IMG/VR virus record: IMGVR_UViG_3300016657_000021
Span: 1 to 64,000 of that record
Reading direction: 5' to 3' (one strand)
DNA length: 64,000 nt
Source: an uncultured virus (IMG/VR IMGVR_UViG_3300016657_000021)
Lineage: Duplodnaviria; Heunggongvirae; Uroviricota; Caudoviricetes
Part shown: one piece after another, positions 1-8,835 of the stretch
How the letters are laid out: each line of letters opens with the position of its first letter
How positions within the stretch are numbered: the stretch's first letter is position 1
Position numbers and translations under genes: made by a program
The notes under the pieces: generated by a model
The model's input: the letters and a program-made list of their open reading frames with translations, nothing else
What the model was told of the DNA's origin: nothing
Database searches by the model: none

Positions 1-660
1 CGTGGACAGCAGCTTGTCTGCGTCGAAAGTGTTGATAGTGAATTGCTCCGTAGCAAGGGCAGGGCGCACTGCCGGGGCAGGAGGCACGAACACAGGTGCA
101 GCCGGTGTAGCTACAGCCTCGCCAATCTGTAGCCCTGCCAAGCCTTGCGCTTTTGCCTGCTTCACCTTCTTCATCTCCTGCCGCACAACAGCCGTGATCT
201 TGTTCTTGGCACGCTTACGCTCCTTGCGTGCTTTCTCCAGCACAGCTGTTGGCACAGGCACATACTCTGGTTTGATCGCTGTGTATGTGCCTATCTCGCT
301 CTTGGCAATGAGATGGCCTTGCATCAAGTACGTCAGCGTTGCCGACACGGACGATCCGTTATGTCCTTGTGCCACGAGCGCTTGCGCTACAAGCTTACCT
401 GTCTGACCGGGATTCGCCTTGACGTAATCAAACACCTCACGCGTGAAGTTGCGCTTATCTGTGAAGCGGTTGATCGGTTCAGGTTGCGTCGGTGCTTGCG
501 GTGCTGGCTCTTTCGGGTCATCGCTCGCCCACTCGTCAGCCAGCTTCTTCAGTTCGCGGTTGTCATTTACGTTGTCGATAAACATGGAGTTCTCCTTTGT
601 GGTTTGGCGTTGTCCTACTTTTTCGATTGCTTCTCTCAATGCTGTTGCGATGTCAGGCAT
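1..660 (-). CDS. hypothetical protein, possible winged-helix domain (3' end runs off the window)
   Basis: Hand-translated open frame from ATG 660 (MPDIATALREAIEK...FTREVFDYVKANPGQTGK...) to the window edge; missing from the ORF track; alternative ATG at 585 with AAGGAG SD. Confidence 0.65.
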   Translation of the reverse strand, partial: MPDIATALREAIEKVGQRQTTKENSMFIDNVNDNRELKKLADEWASDDPKEPAPQAPTQPEPINRFTDKRNFTREVFDYVKANPGQTGKLVAQALVAQGHNGSSVSATLTYLMQGHLIAKSEIGTYTAIKPEYVPVPTAVLEKARKERKRAKNKITAVVRQEMKKVKQAKAQGLAGLQIGEAVATPAAPVFVPPAPAVRPALATEQFTINTFDADKLLST

Positions 661-844
661 AGCAGTCACCCATTACGAAGTTGACGAATGCGCGAAGGCG
701 CGAAGGCTTGGTATCCGGTTGCGTATCCAGTAGCGCGCTCTGAATACGCAGCTCATCCTGCGACATGACGCGATTGTTCGGCGGTATGTAGTAGATACCA
801 ATCTTCACCTTGCCTGTGTCATATGGGGCTACTTTGTTTTCCAT
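653..844 (-). CDS. hypothetical protein (63 aa)
   Basis: ATG with AAGGAG SD, tightly packed in the leftward operon. Confidence 0.7.
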   Translation of the reverse strand: MENKVAPYDTGKVKIGIYYIPPNNRVMSQDELRIQSALLDTQPDTKPSRLRAFVNFVMGDCYA

Positions 845-854
845 GTGCAGCTCC

Positions 855-1118
855 TTATTGCATGGTCGGCATGTTGTCCGGGTCGAAGGTAGGCTCGTTG
901 TAAACCGTCTCTACGTTCGCATCAAGCACGCGCTTCAGTGCTTCCTTGTCCACGTTCAGGCCACGCGCCATAGCCACGAGAGCCAGCGCTACGCCACCCA
1001 GAATGACAGGCGGGGGTGTACCCTCCATGCCGTAACGCGCCGCGTTGATCGTGACTTCCTTTGCTACTTCGCGCATCATTTCGCGGTTATCTTCGGTGTT
1101 GTCTTGGTGGTAGGTCAT
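855..1118 (-). CDS. hypothetical protein, paralog of 1129-1383
   Basis: AGGAGAAGCAAATG start; visible similarity to neighbour. Confidence 0.75.
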   Translation of the reverse strand: MTYHQDNTEDNREMMREVAKEVTINAARYGMEGTPPPVILGGVALALVAMARGLNVDKEALKRVLDANVETVYNEPTFDPDNMPTMQ

Positions 1119-1128
1119 TTGCTTCTCC

Positions 1129-1383
1129 TTATTGCATTGTTTGTTTGGGTTGTTGGGCGCTGCCGTACATCAGGTCTATGTTGGCGTTCAACACGAACTT
1201 CAGATGCACAGGATCTACGTCCATCTTTTCAGCAATCATGACAAACGTGTACGCGATAGCGCCAATCACGATCTCTGTCGGCACACCGCTAATGCCGTGT
1301 GCTGCTGCGGCTCTCCCTACATCCGCTACTACATTTTTGAATGCTTCTTTGGTTTCTTCAGGAATGCTGCCTAGCGTTTCCAT
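1129..1383 (-). CDS. hypothetical protein, paralog of 855-1118
   Basis: AGGAGAAGCAAATG start; shares G..G.P..(V/I).G....LK.VL.AN....Y...TMQ pattern. Confidence 0.75.
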   Translation of the reverse strand: METLGSIPEETKEAFKNVVADVGRAAAAHGISGVPTEIVIGAIAYTFVMIAEKMDVDPVHLKFVLNANIDLMYGSAQQPKQTMQ

Positions 1384-1425
1384 TTGCTTCTCCTATGTGT
1401 GGGGGCCGAAGCCCCCGTTGTGTAG

Positions 1426-2637
1426 TTACGATGCGTGAATCTCGTCGAAGATCGTCGTCAGCACAGAGTCAATGTCTGCGCCAGCTTCGAGCGCTTCGTA
1501 TGCCTCGTCCAATGCACGAGGGTCTAGCTGTTTGAAGTTGAGGTGCTTGACCACCAGCGCCACATCTTCTGGATACACAGCCTCGCCAATCAGCAACGCA
1601 AGTGCATCGGTGTATCCATACTGCGCGTCGAGAACCGCGTCGATAGCGTCTTCTCTACGAATCTGCTCGTCTACTTCCTCGTCGGTGTAGTCGTCGTAGC
1701 CCGGCACGAATGGGCTGTTTGCTGCGTGCGAATCATGGCCGTAGCCGGTGTAGCCGTAGTCATAGTCACGGATGTAGGTATCACGCTTGCCTGATCTCCC
1801 TGTGTAGGTGCGGTACTCTTGCCACCAGCCGCCAAGTTTGTAGTCGTCATACTTGCTCTCTTGGATCGACGGGTCACGCTCAACAGGCAGCACATCCCAG
1901 TCAAACGCCAGTACAGCAGCGGCTAGGTGCTCGTAGTGCACGAGGTTTAGTGACTCTTGTTGGGTGTGCTCTTTGTCATAGCCAACACTAATATTAGTAC
2001 ATTCTGGGATGATGTCAACGAATTCAGCTGTATCTGTGTACACACCTGTATCGTCATTCAGCATCATTAGGTTGTCGCTACCTGACATAAGCGCCTCGCA
2101 TAACGCCGTACCGAAAGTGTCTGAACAGCAACGACCCCATCCCTGATGGGTAATCACCGAGTCGATACCCCTGCGGTCGAACGCGATAGCCCGGTCAAAT
2201 CGGGACAGCAAGTCCCGTTCCTTGGTTGCCAGATAGCGTGCGCCAATACCGCCGCGCTCCTCGCCCTGCGTGAAGATGTAGTAACCGGGTACGTTGTGGT
2301 GAATCATGTGCATCAGCAGCGCCACGCCTGCGCCATCGTCAGCGCCGAGCACGTCGCCCTTGGCACACCAGTGCGTCTTGGTCTTGGTGATCTTGTTCTT
2401 GCCTTCGCTACGGTGAACGGTGTCGATGTGTGCTACGAACAGCGTGCGGTGCTTGTCGCTTGTGCGTGCGTCAACGTGCAAATTGTTAGCCCCGTCGAGA
2501 AACGCCTCTGCTTGCAGGTCGAACGGCAGCATGGATTGAATCCACGCCGTGATCTTGGCGTTAGTCACCGACGTATGCGGGCGCTTGGTTGACAGCAGTT
2601 TGTTGAGTACGCTGCCGAGGATTGTGTGTTGGTTCAT
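1426..2637 (-). CDS. M28/M20-family zinc metallopeptidase
   Basis: Motifs AHIDTV, GADDGAG, GEERG, AFDR, EHT; start moved to ATG 2637 with GAAAGGA SD. Confidence 0.85.
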   Translation of the reverse strand: MNQHTILGSVLNKLLSTKRPHTSVTNAKITAWIQSMLPFDLQAEAFLDGANNLHVDARTSDKHRTLFVAHIDTVHRSEGKNKITKTKTHWCAKGDVLGADDGAGVALLMHMIHHNVPGYYIFTQGEERGGIGARYLATKERDLLSRFDRAIAFDRRGIDSVITHQGWGRCCSDTFGTALCEALMSGSDNLMMLNDDTGVYTDTAEFVDIIPECTNISVGYDKEHTQQESLNLVHYEHLAAAVLAFDWDVLPVERDPSIQESKYDDYKLGGWWQEYRTYTGRSGKRDTYIRDYDYGYTGYGHDSHAANSPFVPGYDDYTDEEVDEQIRREDAIDAVLDAQYGYTDALALLIGEAVYPEDVALVVKHLNFKQLDPRALDEAYEALEAGADIDSVLTTIFDEIHAS

Positions 2638-2657
2638 GGTGCAGTTCCTTTCGTCAA

Positions 2658-4430
2658 TTAGTTGGATGCGAGTTCGTTGTCGTAAACTATTTCTTCGCAA
2701 GCGTCGGCAACATCGACCAGATCAACCTCGTAGTACTCCTCAAGGTTGTCGGCATGTACCGTCATGTGCTGCCGAGTCAGCCAGTCGCATATCTCTACCT
2801 TCTCGTCAGCATCGTCGTCGTCGTGATACCAGTCGCCGGACGCATCGCATTGCCACGCATTGTCTTCGTGCGCTCGCTCCCCATCGGCAAGCTCAACGGT
2901 GTCGTCAATGTGCTCGTACACGCCGTCACGCTCGCAATACACAACGTCCTCGTCATCCTGATGCCGCCACTCGTCACGCGATTCGAGATACACCGCCTCA
3001 TCCTGCGGACAAATGTCACCGTCTTCGAGCTGCACCATGTCGTTCGCGCTGAGATAGTCGCGGTCATACCACTCGTCGGTGTAGCTGCTGTGTACGGCAT
3101 GGTCGCAGTGCAGGTAGTAGTGGTAGCGACGACAGCCAAGCACCCACACGTAGTCGCTCTCAATGCAGTGACGGCAGACGTTGCGATCTTCATACGGGCC
3201 GACAGAAACGATGTCATCGCCACCAACATGCGCGCCGCAATCCTCGCACTCGTGGCCGCAATCAGACGGATAGCCTTCGGTACTCTCGCACAGGTAGTGG
3301 CCGTCAGAGTCGACAAGCAAATGATCTCCGCAATCATCTACGTTCTTGTTGCACCCGTCGAGATACGGAGCCATGAACGGCGTGTAGTACCGCGTATGCT
3401 TGGCAAGCTTGCAGCCTTCCCAATCATCGACCCTAACGAAGCCTTGGTCACGCAGCCATACCTCCAGCGCCTCGTCGCCGTAAGAGTAACCGCCTTCCTT
3501 GTGGGCGTAGGATCGCACAAAGATTTTTGAGTCGTGTCCGTCACCGCTTACGTTGACCAAGCACCGACCGATGATGCGACCAGTACCGTCGAGGCGTACT
3601 GCTACGCGCCAGCCATACTTGGGGTCGTATACGTTGTACGGATGTTGATCCCAGTCGTCTTGGTCGAGATCCCATTGCATACACGACTTCGGCCCGTCCT
3701 GCACCGCACGAATGATGCCCTCGGCTGTATCCCAAAACGCAAACTTGTGTTCACCGAAGCGCATAACAATATCGCGCAGCTCGGTGTCCGTCAGGGACGG
3801 GAAGTGCGCCCGCAGATACTTGCCAACGCTAGTCACCGTCTGCCTGTCCGCATGGCCGTGTTCATTGCTGCGTGTGTAGGCGATACGCGACGGGTCGTTT
3901 AGGGACTGGTGCGGCCATTGCAGCACCAAGTCGTGCAGGTCTTTCGGCGGCTTGACCTTGATCGCCTCAATCACCGCCTTGTGTATCTTGTGGTGGTCAG
4001 ACTCACGACGGAACCATGTGTGCTGCTCTGCATCCTCACGGGTGACATGCTCCATGCCGTATTGCGCGTGGCCGAAAGCATCGTAGTACCCCGATTGCAT
4101 TGCCACACGCCGAATGGCACGCATGATGTCAACGATGCGCTCTTGCATGGCATAGCCGTCGTACGACTGAAGCGTGTAATCAATACGGCGGTCGCCGTCA
4201 CGGTCGTACTCATGCCAGTTGTGCAAGCGGCGAGCGTTTGCATACGGGTTGACCCAAGTGCTGACGGGTTGGGTTGGTGTTGCTGGTTGTTGTTCGGTGT
4301 CCCTGTAGCGGAGCATGTCGGCAATGCCGACGCTGTACCGCGCCGTCGTGCTGTACGTCAGGGTTGGGCCACCCAGTGCTGCGAGTTCTGCAAGGGTGAA
4401 GTACGGGTGGTTGTTGATGTTGCTAGGCAT
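2658..4430 (-). CDS. large hypothetical phage protein with acidic Cys/His-rich C-terminal repeats
   Basis: 590-aa ORF, AGGAGAAGCA SD; KSCM/GRCLV/PYLDG core, then CxxC and C...H repeats. Confidence 0.75.
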   Translation of the reverse strand: MPSNINNHPYFTLAELAALGGPTLTYSTTARYSVGIADMLRYRDTEQQPATPTQPVSTWVNPYANARRLHNWHEYDRDGDRRIDYTLQSYDGYAMQERIVDIMRAIRRVAMQSGYYDAFGHAQYGMEHVTREDAEQHTWFRRESDHHKIHKAVIEAIKVKPPKDLHDLVLQWPHQSLNDPSRIAYTRSNEHGHADRQTVTSVGKYLRAHFPSLTDTELRDIVMRFGEHKFAFWDTAEGIIRAVQDGPKSCMQWDLDQDDWDQHPYNVYDPKYGWRVAVRLDGTGRIIGRCLVNVSGDGHDSKIFVRSYAHKEGGYSYGDEALEVWLRDQGFVRVDDWEGCKLAKHTRYYTPFMAPYLDGCNKNVDDCGDHLLVDSDGHYLCESTEGYPSDCGHECEDCGAHVGGDDIVSVGPYEDRNVCRHCIESDYVWVLGCRRYHYYLHCDHAVHSSYTDEWYDRDYLSANDMVQLEDGDICPQDEAVYLESRDEWRHQDDEDVVYCERDGVYEHIDDTVELADGERAHEDNAWQCDASGDWYHDDDDADEKVEICDWLTRQHMTVHADNLEEYYEVDLVDVADACEEIVYDNELASN

Positions 4431-4494
4431 TTTGCTTCTCCTGTTAGTTTATGTGTGGCCTGTAAATCGGGACAGGCCGTCCCGTTCTTGCTCC

Positions 4495-4755
4495 TTACTT
4501 GCTGCAAATACGGCGCTTGGCGTCCTTCGCGTTGGTATCGAACAGCCATGCTGGGCAGTGCTGGTCGAGGGTTCGCTGCGTTGGCGTGACTTGCGCTGGC
4601 TTCTCCCTAGCCTGCGCCTCCTGCGCCGCGTTGTTGATAGAGAACTCACGCTCTGCCTCTGCCTTGCCGTGTGCCTTACCGGTTTCGTACAGCATGGCGA
4701 TAGCAGCGCAGATGGGTAGTCCCCACATCAGTACGTTCCATGCGGTGTTTCTCAT
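4495..4755 (-). CDS. hypothetical protein with N-terminal hydrophobic segment
   Basis: AAGGAG SD; hydrophobic N-terminus. Confidence 0.6.
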   Translation of the reverse strand: MRNTAWNVLMWGLPICAAIAMLYETGKAHGKAEAEREFSINNAAQEAQAREKPAQVTPTQRTLDQHCPAWLFDTNAKDAKRRICSK

Positions 4756-4756
4756 C

Positions 4757-5002
4757 TCATTCTCCTTTCGTCAGGTTCAGGACTTCTTTCCGGAAGTCGG
4801 GGTCGTTCTCGATCTGGCCGATAGCCGCCAGCCAGTAGGTGTAGTCCTCGTTGGGCAGTAGGCGGCTGTAATGCAGCGCGGTGAAATAACCCGTCGTGTA
4901 GCAGCCGTTGCGCTCGGTAGGATGTTGAGCCAGTACAAGTATTTCGTGCTGGTGCGTAGCATCCAGCGCTTCCCACATTTCACTCAGCAGTTCACGGTTC
5001 AT
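4757..5002 (-). CDS. hypothetical protein (81 aa)
   Basis: ATGA overlap with upstream gene. Confidence 0.65.
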   Translation of the reverse strand: MNRELLSEMWEALDATHQHEILVLAQHPTERNGCYTTGYFTALHYSRLLPNEDYTYWLAAIGQIENDPDFRKEVLNLTKGE

Positions 5003-5358
5003 TTTGTTTCTCCCAAGAGTTCAACAGGTACTTCAACCTCGTCACCGAGGCGCGATGCAACGTAGCAGCGCATGGCTGCGATGAGGGGGGTTTCTCCCAT
5101 GATTTCTTGACGGTCATCCGTTTGCGTCGGCCATGCTCCCCAGTTCGGTACTTCCCAATCATCGCGCTCGTCATGGAATGTCACCCCTATCTTCTCCCGC
5201 TCAATAATCTCGCCTCCCTGCGCCCAGTCTTTCTGGTAATTCATCTCGCCGTTTTCGTACGCCTCGATGAACCGCCAAGTCGCCCATACAGCGCCCTCGG
5301 CTACGGCCACCGCCCAGTCCAGCGCTGCGCCAGTCAGCTCGTTTGTGTTGATCTTCAT
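4999..5358 (-). CDS. NinX/DUF2591-like phage protein
   Basis: ELTGAALDWAVA...DWAQGGEIIERE...GETPLIAAMRCYVAS pattern; AAGGAG SD. Confidence 0.75.
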   Translation of the reverse strand: MKINTNELTGAALDWAVAVAEGAVWATWRFIEAYENGEMNYQKDWAQGGEIIEREKIGVTFHDERDDWEVPNWGAWPTQTDDRQEIMGETPLIAAMRCYVASRLGDEVEVPVELLGETK

Positions 5359-5402
5359 TTTGTTTCTCCTTTGTGGTTAAGATCGGGACGGACTGTCCCG
5401 GT

Positions 5403-6149
5403 TTACTGCGGGTTCTCAGCGACTAGCTCTTGCCATATGTGCGGCACAGGCTCGTCGTCATCCAGCGCAAGCAAGCGCTTCAATGCTGTGTTCAGTCGTT
5501 GTAGTTCCTCCTTGTGGTGAGTCAGCTCGTCGTTCGATTCTCCTTTCAGCAGGTCGGTCAGCATGGCGATGGCCTGTTCTTCCCGTCCGATGTGCGTCTT
5601 GATGACGCGGATCATTGCCGCCTTCTTCTTGCTGTTGGTGGCCTTCGGGATTTTGCGCTCGAATGGAACCTTCGCCTTCGCCTTGAAGCGTGGCGGTATC
5701 TCGGCAAACGCATCGACTACTGCGTTCTTCACCTTATCAGGAACCCAGTCCGTCCAATGAGCGCCGTCGTTGGGCAGCCCCTTGTCCACCGCCAGCTGGC
5801 GTGGTGTCTTGACGTAGGCGCTCCAGTACGAGCGCAGTTTCCGGTTCAGCGTGGACAGCACCTTCTGATACGCCTCAAGCGCCGCCTTGCGTTCGCGGCT
5901 CGGGTACGCCTCCTTGCTGTAGCGTAAGCTGTTGTAGACCGAGCGCATCTCGTTCGATAAGGGTTCTATCAGGTCACGCCACAGGCTGTCGTGCTTGGCG
6001 TTGCGGATTTTCTCCACGCGCTGCGCTTCCTTGTACGCCTTGACCTCGGCCTGAATTGCGTCGCGTTCGGCGGGGCGATAGCCCTTCTGCACAAGCAAAT
6101 TGTGCAGCTCGTTGCGGGTTAGCGTGGCGAAATGCTGGTAACGAAACAT
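5403..6149 (-). CDS. hypothetical basic protein (248 aa)
   Basis: Start set at ATG 6149 after AAGGAGAGCAAAATC. Confidence 0.75.
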   Translation of the reverse strand: MFRYQHFATLTRNELHNLLVQKGYRPAERDAIQAEVKAYKEAQRVEKIRNAKHDSLWRDLIEPLSNEMRSVYNSLRYSKEAYPSRERKAALEAYQKVLSTLNRKLRSYWSAYVKTPRQLAVDKGLPNDGAHWTDWVPDKVKNAVVDAFAEIPPRFKAKAKVPFERKIPKATNSKKKAAMIRVIKTHIGREEQAIAMLTDLLKGESNDELTHHKEELQRLNTALKRLLALDDDEPVPHIWQELVAENPQ

Positions 6150-6203
6150 GATTTTGCTCTCCTTGAGGGTACGATTTGGATACTTGGTACGGGTTTGTCC
6201 GTA

Positions 6204-6212
6204 ATTATAGCA
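6204..6212 (-). promoter_or_regulatory. extended -10 promoter (TGcTATAAT)
   Basis: Exact TGnTATAAT about 55 nt upstream of the 6149 start. Confidence 0.55.
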
Positions 6213-6281
6213 GGTGTGAACAGCGTTTCGGACACTACGGATACCGCATGAATACAGGGCGAAACACCCCGACAGTCCCAA

Positions 6282-6565
6282 CTAGATGCCATTTTTAAAA
6301 AATACTATATCACTTACCGGACTTTCAAAGGTTTTCGAAAGACGGAAAGGGAGAAAAGAAAAAAGAAGCTTTCCTCCTATATATATAATATATAAAAATA
6401 GTTTATATATAGGACGGGTTCGGACGCTGAACCTTGCAGCCATGCGGGTTTTCGAGTGTCTATTTTGGTGGAACGCGATATCAAAATGATGGATAGTACC
6501 GGATACCATGATTTTGCACTGTGCAAAATCATAAAACAGGAAATCGGGACGGGCTGTCCCGATTT
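6282..6565. other. AT-rich non-coding region with inverted repeats; candidate replication origin
   Basis: TA-rich tract 6375-6414 bounded by TCCTATATATA/TATATATAGGA; perfect 12-bp inverted repeat 6508-6532; palindrome at 6545. Confidence 0.4.
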
Positions 6566-6574
6566 CCCACCGCC

Positions 6575-6766
6575 TTAGTCCACCCATTCAACCCCTACGT
6601 CACCCGCTCGTGCTGTGCGGTGCATACGCTTCTCTGTCGTGTCTCGTAGGTAGACTTCTCTCCTGTCGTAGTCGTGTCCTTCCACGACCCATACTGCCCC
6701 GCGCTGGTCGCGCACCATGTCGCCGGTGTTGATTGGCTTGCCGTCATAGCTTTTGATGAGCTTCAT
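6575..6766 (-). CDS. hypothetical protein (63 aa)
   Basis: GAGGAG SD, ATG start. Confidence 0.7.
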   Translation of the reverse strand: MKLIKSYDGKPINTGDMVRDQRGAVWVVEGHDYDRREVYLRDTTEKRMHRTARAGDVGVEWVD

Positions 6767-6780
6767 GTTTGTCTCCTCGG

Positions 6781-6960
6781 TTAGTCGATGAACTTGTAGG
6801 CTACGTTATCTTGGCGCAGCTGGCGCAGCATCTGCCCCAGTTCGTGCGCTCGTCCGATGTTACGCGTTTCGTAGGCGATCTCCTGCGAGTGGCGCAGTTC
6901 GCGGTATGCCTTCACTTGCGCTGCGGTGAGCGGTGCGTACTTGGTATGGGTGCGTTTCAT
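6781..6960 (-). CDS. hypothetical protein (59 aa, MKRTHTKYAPL...)
   Basis: Hand-translated; GAAAGGA SD; below the ORF-track size cutoff. Confidence 0.6.
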   Translation of the reverse strand: MKRTHTKYAPLTAAQVKAYRELRHSQEIAYETRNIGRAHELGQMLRQLRQDNVAYKFID

Positions 6961-6973
6961 GGTGTGGTTCCTT

Positions 6974-7123
6974 TCAGATTTTGAATTCGTGGGTTTTCAG
7001 GAATGCCAGTTCTTCGGGCGTGGCAAGGCACACGGCCATCATGTGTTTGTTCAGGTACGCCTGAAGCTTGGCGCGGTTGGTCGGTGAGGGTACTTTGCGG
7101 AATGCTTCGATGAGTTTGTGCAT
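6974..7123 (-). CDS. hypothetical protein (49 aa, MHKLIEAFRK...)
   Basis: GAAAGGCAAAATCATG start. Confidence 0.6.
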   Translation of the reverse strand: MHKLIEAFRKVPSPTNRAKLQAYLNKHMMAVCLATPEELAFLKTHEFKI

Positions 7124-7280
7124 GATTTTGCCTTTCAGGTTTGAAGTGTGGGCTGGATTGGACAGGAAACGAAACAGCGGCCAGCACTTCCGCTGTAACG
7201 TCGTTCGGAAAACGCAAACAATCCCACGCAAAACCGAGAGCATTGTTCGCAAAACAAAACCGGGACAGGCTGTCCCGAAA

Positions 7281-7664
7281 TCAGGCGATGGCCTTGAGGA
7301 ACGCACGCTTCTGCGCTGCGGTGAGCTTCTCGAACGCCTTGATCGCATCCTCGACCGGATCACGCTCGCGCTTCGCGCTCGACTGAGCGTGCCGCGTTGT
7401 ACCCTGCAACATCAGCAGGATATCGTTTGCTGCCTTTTTGCTCCCCTCGTACTTCGGATGCGTCGTGTCCCACTTCGGCAGACCGCTCGACTCTGCGATG
7501 CGGAAGGGGCAACCGGTTTTCGCGCTCACCCATTCGAACACGACCGGCTTCGCTGCTTCGAGCGTGCCGTAGCCTGCGTCCTTCATGCCCTGAATGAGCG
7601 CGACGCGTGCGCCAGCGAAGGTGTCAAGGGTTTTGAATGCTGCTGCTTTGTTTTGCTTAGCCAT
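7281..7664 (-). CDS. hypothetical protein, first gene of the leftward early operon
   Basis: GGAGCAAAATCATG start; 127 aa. Confidence 0.75.
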   Translation of the reverse strand: MAKQNKAAAFKTLDTFAGARVALIQGMKDAGYGTLEAAKPVVFEWVSAKTGCPFRIAESSGLPKWDTTHPKYEGSKKAANDILLMLQGTTRHAQSSAKRERDPVEDAIKAFEKLTAAQKRAFLKAIA

Positions 7665-7726
7665 GATTTTGCTCCGTAAGGTTAGGGTTGAATGTAGGGC
7701 AAAGCCCCTGCTCTGCCTACACTTTC

Positions 7727-7735
7727 AGTATAGCA
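7727..7735 (-). promoter_or_regulatory. extended -10 promoter (TGcTATACT) for early genes
   Basis: TGnTATACT upstream of the 7664 start. Confidence 0.5.
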
Positions 7736-8097
7736 CTACCCCTGATCTGATAGGCAGGAGCGAGGCGTTTCGGGACGGAATGTCCCGATTTCTGGGCGAA
7801 AATGGCGGTTTTGGCGACCCTACCGTACCCCGACACCCCAAAATGGCTGGGTGGGTGGCATGCCCCATGAACACTGTTCCATACACTCATCGCAATTTCT
7901 TATTGCTTCTTTGACAACAACACACGCAGAGCAATTATCTCGCCCAGATAATTCACGCTAAACCGTCCTGCAAATCTGCAGGACGCGGACACCCCTACCT
8001 CAACAAAATTTTGCAAAAATTGCAATTATGTTTGTCAAAGGTTAGACTGCAAAATGATGAAACGGCTCCGTCCGATATGGGAATTCCCATATCGGGC

Positions 8098-8123
8098 AAA
8101 AAAGACCCCGCCGTAGCGGGGTT
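8098..8123 (-). terminator. rho-independent terminator
   Basis: Minus strand ACCCCGC-TACG-GCGGGGT followed by CTTTTTT. Confidence 0.6.
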
Positions 8124-8184
8124 GAAGTGTGGTGAGTGACCACAAAGGAGAAGCAAATGCGTGGCAGGGGAGATTAGCCGCCAC

Positions 8185-8213
8185 TTGCGCACTTGCTAAA
8201 CACACTATACACT
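8185..8213 (+). promoter_or_regulatory. sigma70-like promoter for the packaging operon
   Basis: TTGCGC-17nt-TACACT upstream of ATG 8245. Confidence 0.5.
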
Positions 8214-8244
8214 GCGCCAAACGTGGTTTCAAGGGAACCAGCGC

Positions 8245-8835
8245 ATGTTTGACCATCTGATTGATTTCACCCCCGAGGTAGAGGATACGCCCCTGCCTGC
8301 TTCCGCACGTCTGAAGAAAACCCCACCACATGAAATCGTCGATGCACAGGTAGCCACGTCTGACTGGTTAAAAGAATTGGGCGCTGCCGGCGACGAAGTG
8401 GCCGATGAGGTCGAAGCGGACGCTGCACGCAAGGCGTTCACCCACATGGTGACGGCCCAACCGCTCGAAAAAACCCACGACGCGCTCACCGAGATCAAAA
8501 CCCCGGCTGCTGTGCAGCATCTGGTCGGCATGTTGACCGCCTACGACTGGGAATTCATCAATCAGGCCAAGGAACTGCGCGGGTATGCGGTCGCAAAGCT
8601 GGTCGAAGAGACGGCAAACCCATCCGCGTCGATCCGCTTGAAGGCGCTGGCACTCTTGGGCAAGGTCACAGAGGTCGGCCTGTTCACCGAGAAGATCGAA
8701 GTCAAGAAGAACGACCTGACCGACGCTGAGCTTGAGATGCGCATCAAGGAAAAGCTTGGCAAGCTGGCAAAAATCGTCGACATCACGGATGTGGCAGAGG
8801 TCAAAGAAGTACCAAACGCCGAGGACGAAGAGTGA
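8245..8835 (+). CDS. putative terminase small subunit
   Basis: Directly upstream of and overlapping terL; RLKALALLGK motif. Confidence 0.7.
   Translation: MFDHLIDFTPEVEDTPLPASARLKKTPPHEIVDAQVATSDWLKELGAAGDEVADEVEADAARKAFTHMVTAQPLEKTHDALTEIKTPAAVQHLVGMLTAYDWEFINQAKELRGYAVAKLVEETANPSASIRLKALALLGKVTEVGLFTEKIEVKKNDLTDAELEMRIKEKLGKLAKIVDITDVAEVKEVPNAEDEE

Larger units (their letters stand above)
2201..7787. repeat. six dispersed CGGGAC-N5-GTCCCG palindromes
   Basis: Copies start at 2201, 4468, 5384, 6545, 7261, 7771. Confidence 0.9.

Noticed and set aside
6282..6587. Track ORFs 6282-6587 (-) and 6286-6489 (+)
   Set aside because: Low-complexity AT-rich sequence with atypical composition and no SD; treated as non-coding.
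2201..7787. Repeats as a CRISPR array or integron attC sites
   Set aside because: Spacing is irregular (0.5-2.3 kb), the repeats are only 17 bp, and no cas operon or integron integrase is present.
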